NCBI GenBank assembly: GCA_964646505.1
Contig: CAZYEQ010000004.1
Location: 1-36,232, forward strand
Length of the DNA: 36,232 bases
DNA from: an uncultured Gammaproteobacteria bacterium
GTDB lineage: Bacteria; Patescibacteriota; Patescibacteriia; Magasanikbacterales; UBA922
Direction of reading: 5' to 3'
In this document: one piece after another, positions 7,150 through 17,800 of the stretch
Position numbering within the stretch: position 1 is the first letter of the stretch
Layout: the number at the start of each line of letters is the position of its first letter
The notes under the pieces: generated by a model
The model's database searches: none
What the model was told of the DNA's origin: nothing
Seen by the model: the letters and a program-made list of their open reading frames with translations, nothing else
Made by a program: the position numbers and the translations under genes

Positions 7150-8559
7150 ATGAGTTCGAAAAAAACGAAACCTGCAGTGAAAAAACCGGTAGCTAAAAAA
7201 TCAGCACTTGCACCAAAATCAACGCCTGTCGCAGACAAAGATAAAACACAAGTAAAACAAAACAAAACAATTTCATTGTTGCGTGGGATGAAAGATTTTT
7301 TACCACGTGAAGAACAGTATTGGCTCGCGGTAAATCATGCGGCTGAGTCAGCCTCAAAGGCGTATGGGTACCGTTATATGGCAACTCCTATTTTAGAAGA
7401 TGCGAGTTTGTTTATTCGTGGTGTTGGCAGGGGAACAGATATTGTGGAAAAAGAAATGTATATTTTTGAAGATGCTGAAGGAAAGCGTATTGCGCTTCGT
7501 CCGGAAACAACGGCTTCGGTAGCGCGTGCGTATATTGAACACGGTATGCATGCTGTGCCACAGCCGGTCAAAGTGTGGAACGTGGGACCAATTTTTCGCC
7601 ATGATCGTCCGCAAGCTGGTCGTTATCGTCAATTCCATCAATTGAATGTTGACTCACTCGGTGAACGTGACGCTGTTGTTGATGCCGAGCTTATTGCGCT
7701 CGCGTATAATGTCATGCGTGATTTGGGTATCAATACGCGCGTGAGCGTGAATAGTATTGGTTCAGCCGAAGATCGGGAGCGGTATTTGGTAGAACTCACC
7801 GGGTATTTTCGTACAAAGCGCCATGCGCTTTCAGAAGAATCAAAAAAGCGGTTACTTAAAAATCCACTTCGCATTTTAGATTCAAAAGAACCTGAGGATC
7901 AAGAGGTGGTGGCCGAGGCGCCAAAAATTATCGATTGGCTTTCTGATGAATCGCGTAAATACTTTATGCGTGTGCTTGAGTATTTAGATGAAATGGAAAT
8001 TCCATATTTGCCAGACCCAATGCTGGTGCGCGGGCTTGATTATTACTGTGACACGGTATTTGAGTTTTTTGTTGATGAAGAGGTTCCCGAAAATGGCAAA
8101 CCACTCGCGTTGGGTGGCGGCGGTCGCTATGACGGACTGGTTGAACAACTTGGTGGACGTCCAACGCCCGCCGCGGGGTTTGGGTTGGGTATTGAGCGTA
8201 TTATTACCGCGATGCGCAAACAAAAAGAGGGCCAACTGCCGACCTCTGAGACTGAAGGCTCAGTATCACCACTCTTTTTTGCTCATCTCGGCGAACAGTC
8301 ACGCCGCCGGGCGCTTAAACTGATTGAACAGATGCGCCGTGACGGGGTATTGGTAAACCACGCCCTGGCAAAAGGGTCGCTCAAGGCACAACTTGAGATT
8401 GCAAACCGTCTCAATTCGACCCATGCGATTATTTTAGGTCAAAAAGAGATTCAGGATGGTACGGTGATTATTCGCGATATGGCATCGGGCATTCAGGAGA
8501 TTATTGATGAAAAACAGGTGTCGACTCACGCAAAGAAGATTTTGCAGGGTAAAGCCTAA
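7150..8559 (+). CDS. hisS: Histidine--tRNA ligase with a Lys/Ala/Pro-rich N-terminal extension of about 43 aa (469 aa)
   Basis: LRGMKDFLP, class II motif 2 context RPQAGRYRQFHQ, motif 3 GGGGRYDGL, and a C-terminal anticodon-binding domain. Residues 1-43 (MSSKKTKPAVKKPVAKKSALAPKS...) precede the conserved core. Confidence 0.93.
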   Translation: MSSKKTKPAVKKPVAKKSALAPKSTPVADKDKTQVKQNKTISLLRGMKDFLPREEQYWLAVNHAAESASKAYGYRYMATPILEDASLFIRGVGRGTDIVEKEMYIFEDAEGKRIALRPETTASVARAYIEHGMHAVPQPVKVWNVGPIFRHDRPQAGRYRQFHQLNVDSLGERDAVVDAELIALAYNVMRDLGINTRVSVNSIGSAEDRERYLVELTGYFRTKRHALSEESKKRLLKNPLRILDSKEPEDQEVVAEAPKIIDWLSDESRKYFMRVLEYLDEMEIPYLPDPMLVRGLDYYCDTVFEFFVDEEVPENGKPLALGGGGRYDGLVEQLGGRPTPAAGFGLGIERIITAMRKQKEGQLPTSETEGSVSPLFFAHLGEQSRRRALKLIEQMRRDGVLVNHALAKGSLKAQLEIANRLNSTHAIILGQKEIQDGTVIIRDMASGIQEIIDEKQVSTHAKKILQGKA

Positions 8560-8568
8560 AAAACAAGG

Positions 8569-8597
8569 TTGACGACTCAAAAAAAATCTGGTATAGT
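8569..8597 (+). promoter_or_regulatory. Putative promoter upstream of rpsU
   Basis: TTGACG (8569-8574), 17-nt spacer, TGgTATAGT (8589-8597). Confidence 0.55.
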
Positions 8598-8644
8598 GTA
8601 TTTATCTATTTTTAATGCACCACTGGGAGGTGTAAACGCAAGGT

Positions 8645-8893
8645 ATGTCGGAAATGAAACGAAAGAAAGGGGAGTCATTTGAATCGTTCATGAGAAGGGC
8701 CAAAAGAGGCTGGCAACAATCAGGGAAGATTTTACAGGCAAAAAAAGTGAAATACTTTACTCCGCCAAAAAGCCGTAATGTACGTCGTAAGCAAGCGGTT
8801 GCGTACGCGCAATCACAGGCAAAAGAAGCGTATTTACGCAAAATCGGCAAACTTCCACAGGAAGAAGAGAACGCTTTTCAACCTAAACGGTAA
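8645..8893 (+). CDS. rpsU: 30S ribosomal protein S21 (82 aa)
   Basis: KGESFESFMRRAKR...KKVKYFTPPKSRNVRRKQAV fits the S21 pattern (E-S-F-E-x-x-x-R-R-F-K-R ... Y-x-K-P). Very basic. Followed by a yqeY-like gene, as in many Firmicutes. Confidence 0.7.
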   Translation: MSEMKRKKGESFESFMRRAKRGWQQSGKILQAKKVKYFTPPKSRNVRRKQAVAYAQSQAKEAYLRKIGKLPQEEENAFQPKR

Positions 8894-8896
8894 TCT

Positions 8897-9343
8897 ATGT
8901 CGCTCCGCGACCGTATAAAAGATGCACAAGTTACGGCCATGAAAAGTAAGGATCAAGCACGTCTTGCTCCGCTTCGCATGCTTTGGTCAGCGGTACGAAA
9001 TGCTGATATTGATGCTGGTGAACCATTGTTAGACGAGGCGATTATTCCTATTGTCGCAAAACAAGTAAAACAGCTCAAAGACGCGATGGTGGAGTATGAA
9101 AAAGGTGGTCGAAGTGATTTAAAAGAAACGGCCATGGCTGAGCTGGTAGTGCTTGAAGAATTTTTGCCAAAACAAATGAGCGATGAAGATTTAAAAGCAA
9201 AAATACAAACCGTACTCCAAACCATGGATGAAACAAAAGATGTTGGAAAAGTAATGGGAATGGTCATGAAAGAAGTAAAAGGTGAGGCCGACGGCGCACG
9301 GGTCCGTGCGATGGTCACCTCGCTCCTACCTGGTTCAAACTAA
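8897..9343 (+). CDS. yqeY: GatB/YqeY-domain protein (148 aa)
   Basis: MSLRDRIKDAQVTAMKSKDQARLAPLRMLWSAVRNADID... and the C-terminal KDVGKVMGMVMKEVKGEADGARV are typical of the YqeY family. Confidence 0.8.
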   Translation: MSLRDRIKDAQVTAMKSKDQARLAPLRMLWSAVRNADIDAGEPLLDEAIIPIVAKQVKQLKDAMVEYEKGGRSDLKETAMAELVVLEEFLPKQMSDEDLKAKIQTVLQTMDETKDVGKVMGMVMKEVKGEADGARVRAMVTSLLPGSN

Positions 9344-9365
9344 CTCATAGTGACTCCTTGGTACC

Positions 9366-9805
9366 ATGCTGCTTCCGGGGTTCACACAACTTATTTCAAA
9401 GTATCCTAAGAAAACTGCGTTTTGCCTCGTTGGCGTATTTGTCGCAGTTTTTTTAGTTTGTGCGTATTTTTTTTCAGTACCGCATGTGTTTGCGCAAGGT
9501 GCCACAGGGCAAGATGTGCTTGGGGTAAACGCGCTTGATCAAAACTTACCACTCGCCGGTACCGATATTCGAATTATCATTTTGCGAGTCATCAACATTT
9601 TTTTGAGCCTGCTTGGTATTTTGACGGTTGGCCTTATTTTGTACGCAGGTGCCAAAATTCTTTTTTCTAATGGAGATGAGCAAGCAGTTGCTGAGGGTCG
9701 GCAAATTATTGTGAACGCGGTTATTGGACTTGCAATTATTATGTCGGCGTGGGGAATTACGCGTTTTATCATTAGCCGTCTTGGGGTGGCTACTGGTTTA
9801 CGTGG
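9366..9805 (+). other. N-terminal pilin-like (TrbC/VirB2-type) module of the 694-aa protein
   Basis: See the CDS entry. About half of roughly 100 aligned positions are identical, by eye, to 11471-11887. Confidence 0.6.
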
Positions 9806-11450
9806 TGCTTCGCTCGTTGACCAAAATACTTCAGGAGATTCATTTTTTGCAAGCGGCGCATTGGGGAGAGCAGTACGAGAACATTATCCATTTCGCAACC
9901 AACGTGATGTGCCGCGCAATTCACGTATTGCCGTTACGTTCCGCGAAGCGATTTATCCCGGAAGCATTGCTGATGACCAAAATGGTAACGGTATTTTTGG
10001 TGACTGTGTTGTGCCACAGGGTGAGGAGTTGAACTGGGCACTGCACTGTGATCACCCTACGACTGTTGTACAGGTTACCGCATCAGGAACAGCCCAGACC
10101 ATTGATATGGCGGCGTTACTTACCTACGCAGCTGACGGTTCTGTACGCAGTGTACTGTTTCGCCCAATCGAACTTCTTGGGTCACCTACAGAGCCAGTGA
10201 CGTATCGTGTATCACTCGGTGAAGGTATTCAGGTGGCAAATCGTTCCGCGAGTATTTTTGCCGGAGAACGTGGTCGCAGATATGACTGGACGTTTGAGAC
10301 AAATACACTCCTTGATGTGACACCGCCAACGGTGCTTAGTGTGTATCCAAACCATAACGCGCGTGTAGCCCGTAACACGATTGCGCAAGTACAGTTTAGC
10401 GAGGCCATGGATCCTACAACGGTACAGGGAGGCACGGGATCTTTTTCACATATTATTTTTGGCGCCACAACCCCTGGGGCGGTCATGCCAAGCGGTGAAT
10501 GGCGTGTCACAAATGCATATCAAACGGCCGAGTTTGTACCAAGTGACGTGTGTGGACAAAACAGTTGTGGCGATCAAATGTATTGTTTGCCAAGTGTATG
10601 TGCTGATGAGACGAATCCGGCATGTGTGAATAATCTCACTGTTCTTGTGCGTACCGCTCAAACAGTGCCAGGGAGTGCCACCTTTGAGGCCGTACCATTT
10701 AGCGGTGTTATGGATATGGCGGGAAACGCCCTTGATACCGGGCCAAGTAATTCGCGCAACGCTCGTGGTGCGCTGCCAGGTGATGGTGTGCTCGCAAATC
10801 CGCATCGCCCTGTTGCGCCGAATGAACTTTTACCAGATAATTTTTGGTGGAGTATACGAGTTATACCCGCCATTGATCGGAGTGTTCCTGTTATTCGCGA
10901 AGTGCGTCCACGAATCGATGAAGAAGGGGTGCGTAGTGACGACCCTCTTACTCTTACATTTACCGGCTCCATGTGGCCAAGCACGCTCGGTGATATTGCT
11001 TTAAATGAGTTTCCTGTGGCGAATGGTGCCGACCGTCCCTGGTCATCCCCCATATCCGAGCTTATTACAGGACCAAACGACACGACATTTACTGAGGTGA
11101 CTGTTCGGCATCGTTCTTTTGGTCCGGGTGGCACTCCATTTTATTACTTTACACAGGTGCCAAGCACGGTGCGTTCCGCGAATCAAAATTGTTTTTACCC
11201 CGGTCGTGGCCCGGTCGCAGATACACCTGGTTTACCTACGATTTGTGACTACGAAGAGGATGCAAATGGACAGATTATTCGAAATACGAATTGTGTCTCT
11301 GTATCTCCTCAAACATCGGTAGATCAAGACACTGGGTGTGTTCAAACAACGCTTCGACAAGAAGCGGGACAAGACTTGCGCGTGCAACCAAATATTCCAG
11401 CCTGCATAACGGTTATGCAGCGCGCCACAGTGAGCCCGGTGCAACCGTAA
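9366..11450 (+). CDS. Secreted/membrane-anchored exoprotein (694 aa): signal peptide, TrbC/VirB2-like two-helix head, SbsA-type Ig-like domains, Cys-rich tail
   Basis: Signal peptide ending VFA-QG. Then TDIRIIILRVINIFLSLLGILTVGLILYAGAKILFSNGDEQAVAEGRQIIVNAVIGLAIIMSAWGITRFI, which forms two TM helices around a short loop. Later PPTVLSVYPNHNARVARNTIAQVQFSEAMDPTTV (SbsA_Ig/Big_5-like). Many Cys residues in the C-terminal third. Confidence 0.85.
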   Translation: MLLPGFTQLISKYPKKTAFCLVGVFVAVFLVCAYFFSVPHVFAQGATGQDVLGVNALDQNLPLAGTDIRIIILRVINIFLSLLGILTVGLILYAGAKILFSNGDEQAVAEGRQIIVNAVIGLAIIMSAWGITRFIISRLGVATGLRGASLVDQNTSGDSFFASGALGRAVREHYPFRNQRDVPRNSRIAVTFREAIYPGSIADDQNGNGIFGDCVVPQGEELNWALHCDHPTTVVQVTASGTAQTIDMAALLTYAADGSVRSVLFRPIELLGSPTEPVTYRVSLGEGIQVANRSASIFAGERGRRYDWTFETNTLLDVTPPTVLSVYPNHNARVARNTIAQVQFSEAMDPTTVQGGTGSFSHIIFGATTPGAVMPSGEWRVTNAYQTAEFVPSDVCGQNSCGDQMYCLPSVCADETNPACVNNLTVLVRTAQTVPGSATFEAVPFSGVMDMAGNALDTGPSNSRNARGALPGDGVLANPHRPVAPNELLPDNFWWSIRVIPAIDRSVPVIREVRPRIDEEGVRSDDPLTLTFTGSMWPSTLGDIALNEFPVANGADRPWSSPISELITGPNDTTFTEVTVRHRSFGPGGTPFYYFTQVPSTVRSANQNCFYPGRGPVADTPGLPTICDYEEDANGQIIRNTNCVSVSPQTSVDQDTGCVQTTLRQEAGQDLRVQPNIPACITVMQRATVSPVQP

Positions 11451-11470
11451 TTATCTTTGCGTTTTCTTGT

Positions 11471-11887
11471 ATGTCACGTATCGCCTTATATATCCGCCGT
11501 CATTTGCTCCATTTTATTTTCTTCTTTTTTTTCCTTTTGGTCGGTGGTTTCGTATTTTATGCTCACCCTACGTTCGCGCAAGGAACAAACGATGTACTCG
11601 GTGTAAATAGTTTTGAGGGCGCGAGCAATTTAGCGAGCACAGATATTCGTGTGATTGTTGCCAGAATTATTAATATTTTTCTTGGCCTTTTATCACTTCT
11701 TGCTGTTGGAATTGTGATTTATGGGGGGGTAACGTGGATGACTGCTGGTGGTGATGAAGGAAAAATTGAAGATGCTCGTAAGATTTTAGTGAATGGTGCT
11801 ATTGGTTTGGTCATTGTTTTGTCCGCGTTTGCCATTAGTCGTTTTGTGTTGAATCGTTTACAGGGCGCAACAGGATTGGCCGGAGGT
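11471..11887 (+). other. N-terminal pilin-like module of the giant protein
   Basis: STDIRVIVARIINIFLGLLSLLAVGIVIYGGVTWMTAGGDEGKIEDARKILVNGAIGLVIVLSAFAISRFVLNRL. Paralogous to 9366-9805. Confidence 0.6.
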
Positions 11888-14800
11888 GATCCGCTTGCGA
11901 GTTGCGCTGATTTGGCTCTTGCAAATGACCCTAGGTATGATGAGTTGTGTGGAAGAAATAGCGGAGGCTCTCTTGATTGTTCTGCTAATCCTTCGTGGTG
12001 CTGCGCACGTGATAACTTTATCGTGCAAAGTATGACGCCGCGAACTGATGGTACGAACATGAATAACGCGACTATACGTGTTGTGTTTAGTCGAGGGTTA
12101 CGAACTGGCGCGAATCAGGTTGTAGAAATATGGCGTAATGGTGTAACGACTACAAATGATTTTTCATTTCGATTTGCAGATCCGGCCAATCAAGTTCTTG
12201 AGGGAGTATATACTGGCACCTCAGCATGTGAAGAAACCCCAGGTTGTTTACCTCAGGGTGAGTATCGGGTGCGAGTGAACGACGGCATACGAGATGTGCG
12301 AGGACAAACTCTTCAAGAATCAGTTTCGTGTGGTACGTTTCCACGAGAAGCCACTTTTGGGGTAAATACCCCAGGCGCTATTGATATTTTTCCCCCTGAT
12401 ATTCCAGGTGGAATTATGATCGACGGGGTGCGTGCAGCCGATGCGCCGATTCCTGTAAATCGTGAAGTGGAAATACGTATACCTGTGACCGACAACACGG
12501 GGGCTGGGTATGTGCGTCTCGATGTTGGTCGTGAAGGACAGAGCACGGCAATCACGGCAGTAGGTGGGCCGTCGGTTGTACGGGGTTCTGACGCGGGGGT
12601 CGTTGATCCGTACGTGTATACATATCGGCTCTTTCTTGCTTCAAACACTCGTTTGGGAGAACGGTATGTGATTTCCGCTCGTGCGTATGATATTGATGGA
12701 AATAATGTAGCGGTATCTGCAACATTCGTGACGGTTGCGCCACACTGCGCGAATGGCATTCAAGATGAGGATGAAACCGATGTTGATGCAGGTCCCTCGT
12801 GTCAAAGTGTGGGCGCCTGTGCAGAAAATTGGCAATGTGTATCAGGTCAATGTGTATCAGGCCAATGTCAGGCCACCCCGATCATTACGAGTGTTGATCC
12901 TTGGGACGGAGCCGCGGGTTCGTGGGTTACGGTAAACGGTCGTTTTTTTGGTACAACTCCAGGGCAGGTGCAATTTGGCGTTGACCGTAATAATGATGGG
13001 GTGATTGCGGGAGCGGAGTGGGCTAATGCGAGCCTGGCTGCGTGTAATGGAATTTCTCCTTGGAGCGACTCTACTGTTATTGCGGAAGTACCTGATGATG
13101 CGGTATTACCACAAACGTCACTTTCAGCTATTCGCGTCGTGCGCGCGGATAATACTGCTTTAACGGATACAACCATTGATGCTCGTGGTCCACGTGGTGG
13201 ACCTCGTAATGGGTTATTTTTGAAAAATACCACCGAACGTCCACGTCTTTGTCGTGTTGAAGTGGGCGCTGGTCAAACGGCTGGTTTGCCTCAGACAGAC
13301 GCGCGTGCTATTGGTGAGTCGCTGCAGGGGGGTACACGTGAGCTTCGTTTTGGTCCGGTGGTAGCGAATATTTTAGGAGGCACTGATACACGTATCGATA
13401 CTCGTGTTCCTGAAGGATTGCGTCCGGGTGTCGTATCGGTAGCTGCCACTATTAACGGGGTGGTAAGTAATGCAGTACCGTTTACCATTCTTTCGCCAAA
13501 TTCAAATGATGTCCCCAATATTTCGGGTATTGATCCGGCTGAAACCACCCCGGGTAGCTATGTGACAATTAGTGGCCGAGGCTTTGACGGACGTTTAGGT
13601 GTGGTGTATCTCGCGAATGCTCTTGACCTGGTGTGTACACCGTCAAATCTACCCGCAGGGTGTGTTGAGGCACGTGCCACACTTCCGCCAGCATGTGGAG
13701 ACACATGGACTCCAACACAGGTCGTTTTTCAGGTACCAACAACCATACAGCCTGGACGATGGTTTGTGAATGTGCGAACCGCTCATGGATTATCAAGTCC
13801 ATTAGTAAATACCGCGGCAGTCACTGTTGTAGCTGGAAACCCACGACCAAGTTTGTGTAATATGTCACCAGAGCGTGGTCCAGCTCCACGCACCATTGCT
13901 GATGGTATTACGCTGCGTGGCGCAAATCTTTCTTCAGCAAGTATCGTGTATTTTTGGACCGCTCGCGCGAATGCAGCTGATGTGTCAACATGGCTTACCG
14001 CCCGCGCTCCCGATGTCCGTTTTACGAGTGCATCCGAATTGTTGAGTGTGATTCCTTCGATAGGTGGAGTTACAATGCAAACAGGTCCTATTCGTGTTTC
14101 TTCAAACGGTCAATTATCAAACAGTTTGACGTACACCGTTCTTGACTGTCGCACTATTCCTGACGAAGAAATTCCTGCAGGTCAACGTTGTTGCAGTGAC
14201 GGTTCACTTCTTGCGACTAATCAAGCCTGCCCAGGAGAAAGCCGCGACGCGGGTTATGTGTGGCGGTTTACGAATGGACAAATTTCCCAGCTCCCCGCCG
14301 TTATTGAAGAATGTGATGTCACAGGTGCTTCGAGTGCCATGCCTTCGCCATCACCAAGTGATATTTGGGGGAGAACGCAAACATGTGTCAATGCGGAAAT
14401 TCGCGCGCGATTTACGACTCCTATGGATGAGTCAACACTCGTAAGTCCAAACGTACGTGTGGTGACGTGTGGTGATGGAGTGTCGCCAGACTGCACGGGC
14501 CGAGTTGATGTGACCGACAGTTTCTTGATTCGTTACGAATCTCAAAGTTTGCGTGTGGCACCGCGCTCTGCCGCCACAGCACTTACAGCGAATACATGGT
14601 ATCGTGTTGAGCTTAGCACAAGTATCCGCTCACAAGAATCTCGGACTATTCTTGGTCGACCGCAAACGGTTTCAAACGCACTACAAGCAACTCGCCCATG
14701 TGGCGCGGGCACGGCTTATTGTTTTACGTTTCAAACAGGCACAAGGCGTTGTGAAATCGCGACCGCGCATATCTTACCACCGGAATACACCACAACTATT

Positions 14801-17800
14801 CTTGGAGTTATCCAGGATCCCCGTTTTCCTCGTACGTCCGCTGATCCACTTAATCCGCCCTATCCTTTATTTTACTATATTTGGGGTGCGCCACGAGAGG
14901 CATGTACGGTGATTAATGCCGACGGTTTAGGGTGGGTGTGGAGTGTTCCGCCTGAAGATGCGGGATATGCCAGTGTTATTCCTCGTCGTGATCCTCCACG
15001 GTATACTGATTCGCGCGCTGCTGTGACTGCCTTATCAAATTCTGTTCCAGATACTGCCCAAATTCATGCGACTGTCACTACGCCAAATAACACAACAATT
15101 CAGGCGGAAAGCACTCTAACCGTAGATTTGGGTGACCCACGAGTGGTTGGGTTTTGGCCTAACTGCAGTGAGTCGTGTACCAATGCCAATATCGGAGTTC
15201 AGTTCAATCAGAGCATGCTTCCGTCAACATATGAAGGCGCGCTTCATGTGTATCGGTGTGCAGACCCACTTTGCGCCAATCGAGTTGAAGAAGTACTCAC
15301 GACGGTAGTTGAACAAGACAATCCTTTGCGGTATCAAGTTGGAGCTGCGTCGCCACTTCTCGAGAATACATGGTATTTGGTAACGGTGTCTTCACAAATT
15401 CGAGCGATGACCGCGCTTGGGTCTACAAATCCAGGAAATCCTCTGGAACCGTTTCAGTGGCGTTTTCGAACCAAAGCCACAGCGGGTATTTGTGTGGCTG
15501 CGAGTGTGGTTGTAGAGCCTACATCGTTTACGGCGACAGCTGTTGGCCAGGTGACAAGGTACTTGTCGGTACCGGTGAGTCCAGGAGACCAATGTAGTCC
15601 TCTTGGTCAGGGGTTAAACCCATGGACGTTCGGATGGCAATGGAGCACCGAAGACGTAAACGTGGCTCGCGTGTCAAATTTTTCGAGTTTGGGAAGCCCA
15701 AGGCGTGAATGTACGCCTACGTGTGTTCCACGTGGTTCATCTTTAATTTCCGGAAGGCAATCAGGTGTTTCGGTGTGTGGTAATGGAACAGTGGACGCGG
15801 GAGAAGATTGTGATATTGCAATTTCTTCTGAAGTGCCTGGGGTAAGTTGTTCACTTTTTTGCTTGCGTCCAGGAAATAGTTCTCGCGGTACTGGGCCAAA
15901 CATGTGTGGAAACGGGGTCGTGGATACTGCGCAGGGTGAGGAGTGTGATCCGACAGGTGCAAATGCTGATACTCGTTTTTGTGATGAACGTTGTTTGCTC
16001 ATAGGAAACACTGCCCGAGGTAATGCACAAAACCAATGCGGTAATTCTGCTGTTGAGCCTTTGTTTGGTGAAGAGTGTGAGTCACGGCAAGGTGTAGAAG
16101 AGGATACCTCTTGTACGCAATCATGTGTTCGTGCTGGCAGTACTGTGCTCTCAGCAAGTTGGTGTGAACTTCGGCCAGTTGGAACAGACGCCACAACTTT
16201 ATCTGCATGCGCAACGCGCGCTGTTTCGATGTGTGGCGATGGAGTAATCAATCGTGGAGAAGTGTGTGAAATCGTAACTGGGTCGGGAACTGGCCCTGGT
16301 ACGATACGCCTGTACGGTGTACAGAATCCTGTGGCGGTTCAGGATGTGAGTGTGTGTACCAGTCAGTGTTTACTTGCGCATATTTGTAATGAAACAAATA
16401 TCCCAACTTCAGCGCCCACGTTACGCTGTGCATCTGGCGCTCCTGGGTGTACCTCACAGTGTACATTGCGAGGTGCAGACGTAACATATGAGACGCCATC
16501 ACTTTGTGGCGATGGACAGGATGGAATAGGGGAATACGGCATGTGTGAGTATAGTCCAGCAGATGTTACTGCTCGAGTTCCTGGTGTACGTACACCGATT
16601 GGTCAAAATCCTATACAAGTAGTAACTGCTGTGGGCGCATCGCAAAATATTCCAGCCGATGGACGTCAGGAGACTCGGGTGGCTGCTGATATTGTAGCGA
16701 GTTTGGCGAGTCGACTTGCGTCGCCTGTGCATGGTACAGGGGACTACGCACTGCAATGTGGTTTTGTTGAGTACCCTCCTGGCGCGCAAGTGGCTGATCA
16801 GGCGAACAACTGTCCACAGAATGCCGGAAATAATGATAATCGGTATGGGGTCGGTACAAATTCATGTTGCCAACTTCGTCCGGAGCGTACTTCAAGTTAT
16901 CCAGCGGATGGTACGGGTTTTCAGGGGACTGCTTCAGCATGCCGTAATACGCTTGTTGAGTTTGAAACAACAGGGGAACTTGATGAGGCAACTCTTGAAC
17001 GCAATATAGTTATTGCTCGTGGATATCCGGCTGGTGCTGCTACTGTGCCGTGTCGGAATACGGGCGATGATGTAACAGATGCGGTTCGCGATACGTTGGC
17101 CTACGAAGAAGTACCCCGTGGCATTATTCGAGGTACCATTTTCCGCGTTCGCCATTTTTTTAGAGCCCTCCTTGAAGGGCAGGCGTTTGCTTCGGCATTA
17201 CGACTTGATCAGGTTAATGTGGCTGATTGGTGCGGAGGTTCGACTCGGTTCATTTCTGATACGTCGTATACACGCGATGCTTCAGGTGTGGTACAAAGCA
17301 CTCGTGTGCGTCTGCAACTTCTTGACGCTCTTGAAGCAAATACAACCTATGCCGTGCTTTTGCGCGGAGGTACGACAGGTATAAAAAATGTTCGCGGTGT
17401 GAGTTTGCGCCCTGATACAACCGCCCAAAATGTTGAGGCAAGTTCGTGGGTGTTTGAGACCGGTCGTGATATTTGTCGAGTAAATGAGGTGGTGGTGGAA
17501 CCAAATACCTTTTTGTTTACAAGACCAAATACAACTGCGGAGTTTGTGGCGACAGCGCGCACGGCAGCAGGTCAACAAGTCGTGCCTATCCCAAATATCT
17601 ACAACTGGTCATGGGCTTGGGGGCCGCAAAATAACGCTGTGTTTGCGATACCTGCAAACGGTACCACTATTAACACTGACCACATGGTGATCGGTTCTCG
17701 TACTCTTGGGCAAGGGGAAAGAGTTACAGGATTTGCTCACTTACAGATTACACAAGATGTGCTTGCGACAGCCGGTACACGTTTACCGCAATTCACTGAC

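Noticed and set aside
11291-11470. 60-aa upstream extension of the giant ORF (track start 11291)
   Set aside because: It overlaps the last 160 nt of the preceding gene in another frame and reads as Arg/Ser-rich noise. The ATG at 11471 gives a proper signal peptide paralogous to the neighbour's.
12836-12865. 15-nt tandem duplication (TGTGTATCAGGTCAA / TGTGTATCAGGCCAA)
   Set aside because: It is in frame within the giant gene and encodes CVSGQ-CVSGQ in a Cys-rich linker. It is a small coding repeat, not a CRISPR or regulatory array.
15607-16251. Long antisense or alternative-frame ORFs inside large genes. Examples: 15607-16251 (-), 17783-18340 (-), 12313-12759 (-), 21084-21605 (-), 4407-4997 (-), 28105-28779 (-), 33557-34129 (-), 10658-11134 (-).
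   Set aside because: All are fully embedded in strongly supported genes with clear motifs. Their translations are Ser/Arg/Pro-rich shadow-frame products with no recognisable motifs.
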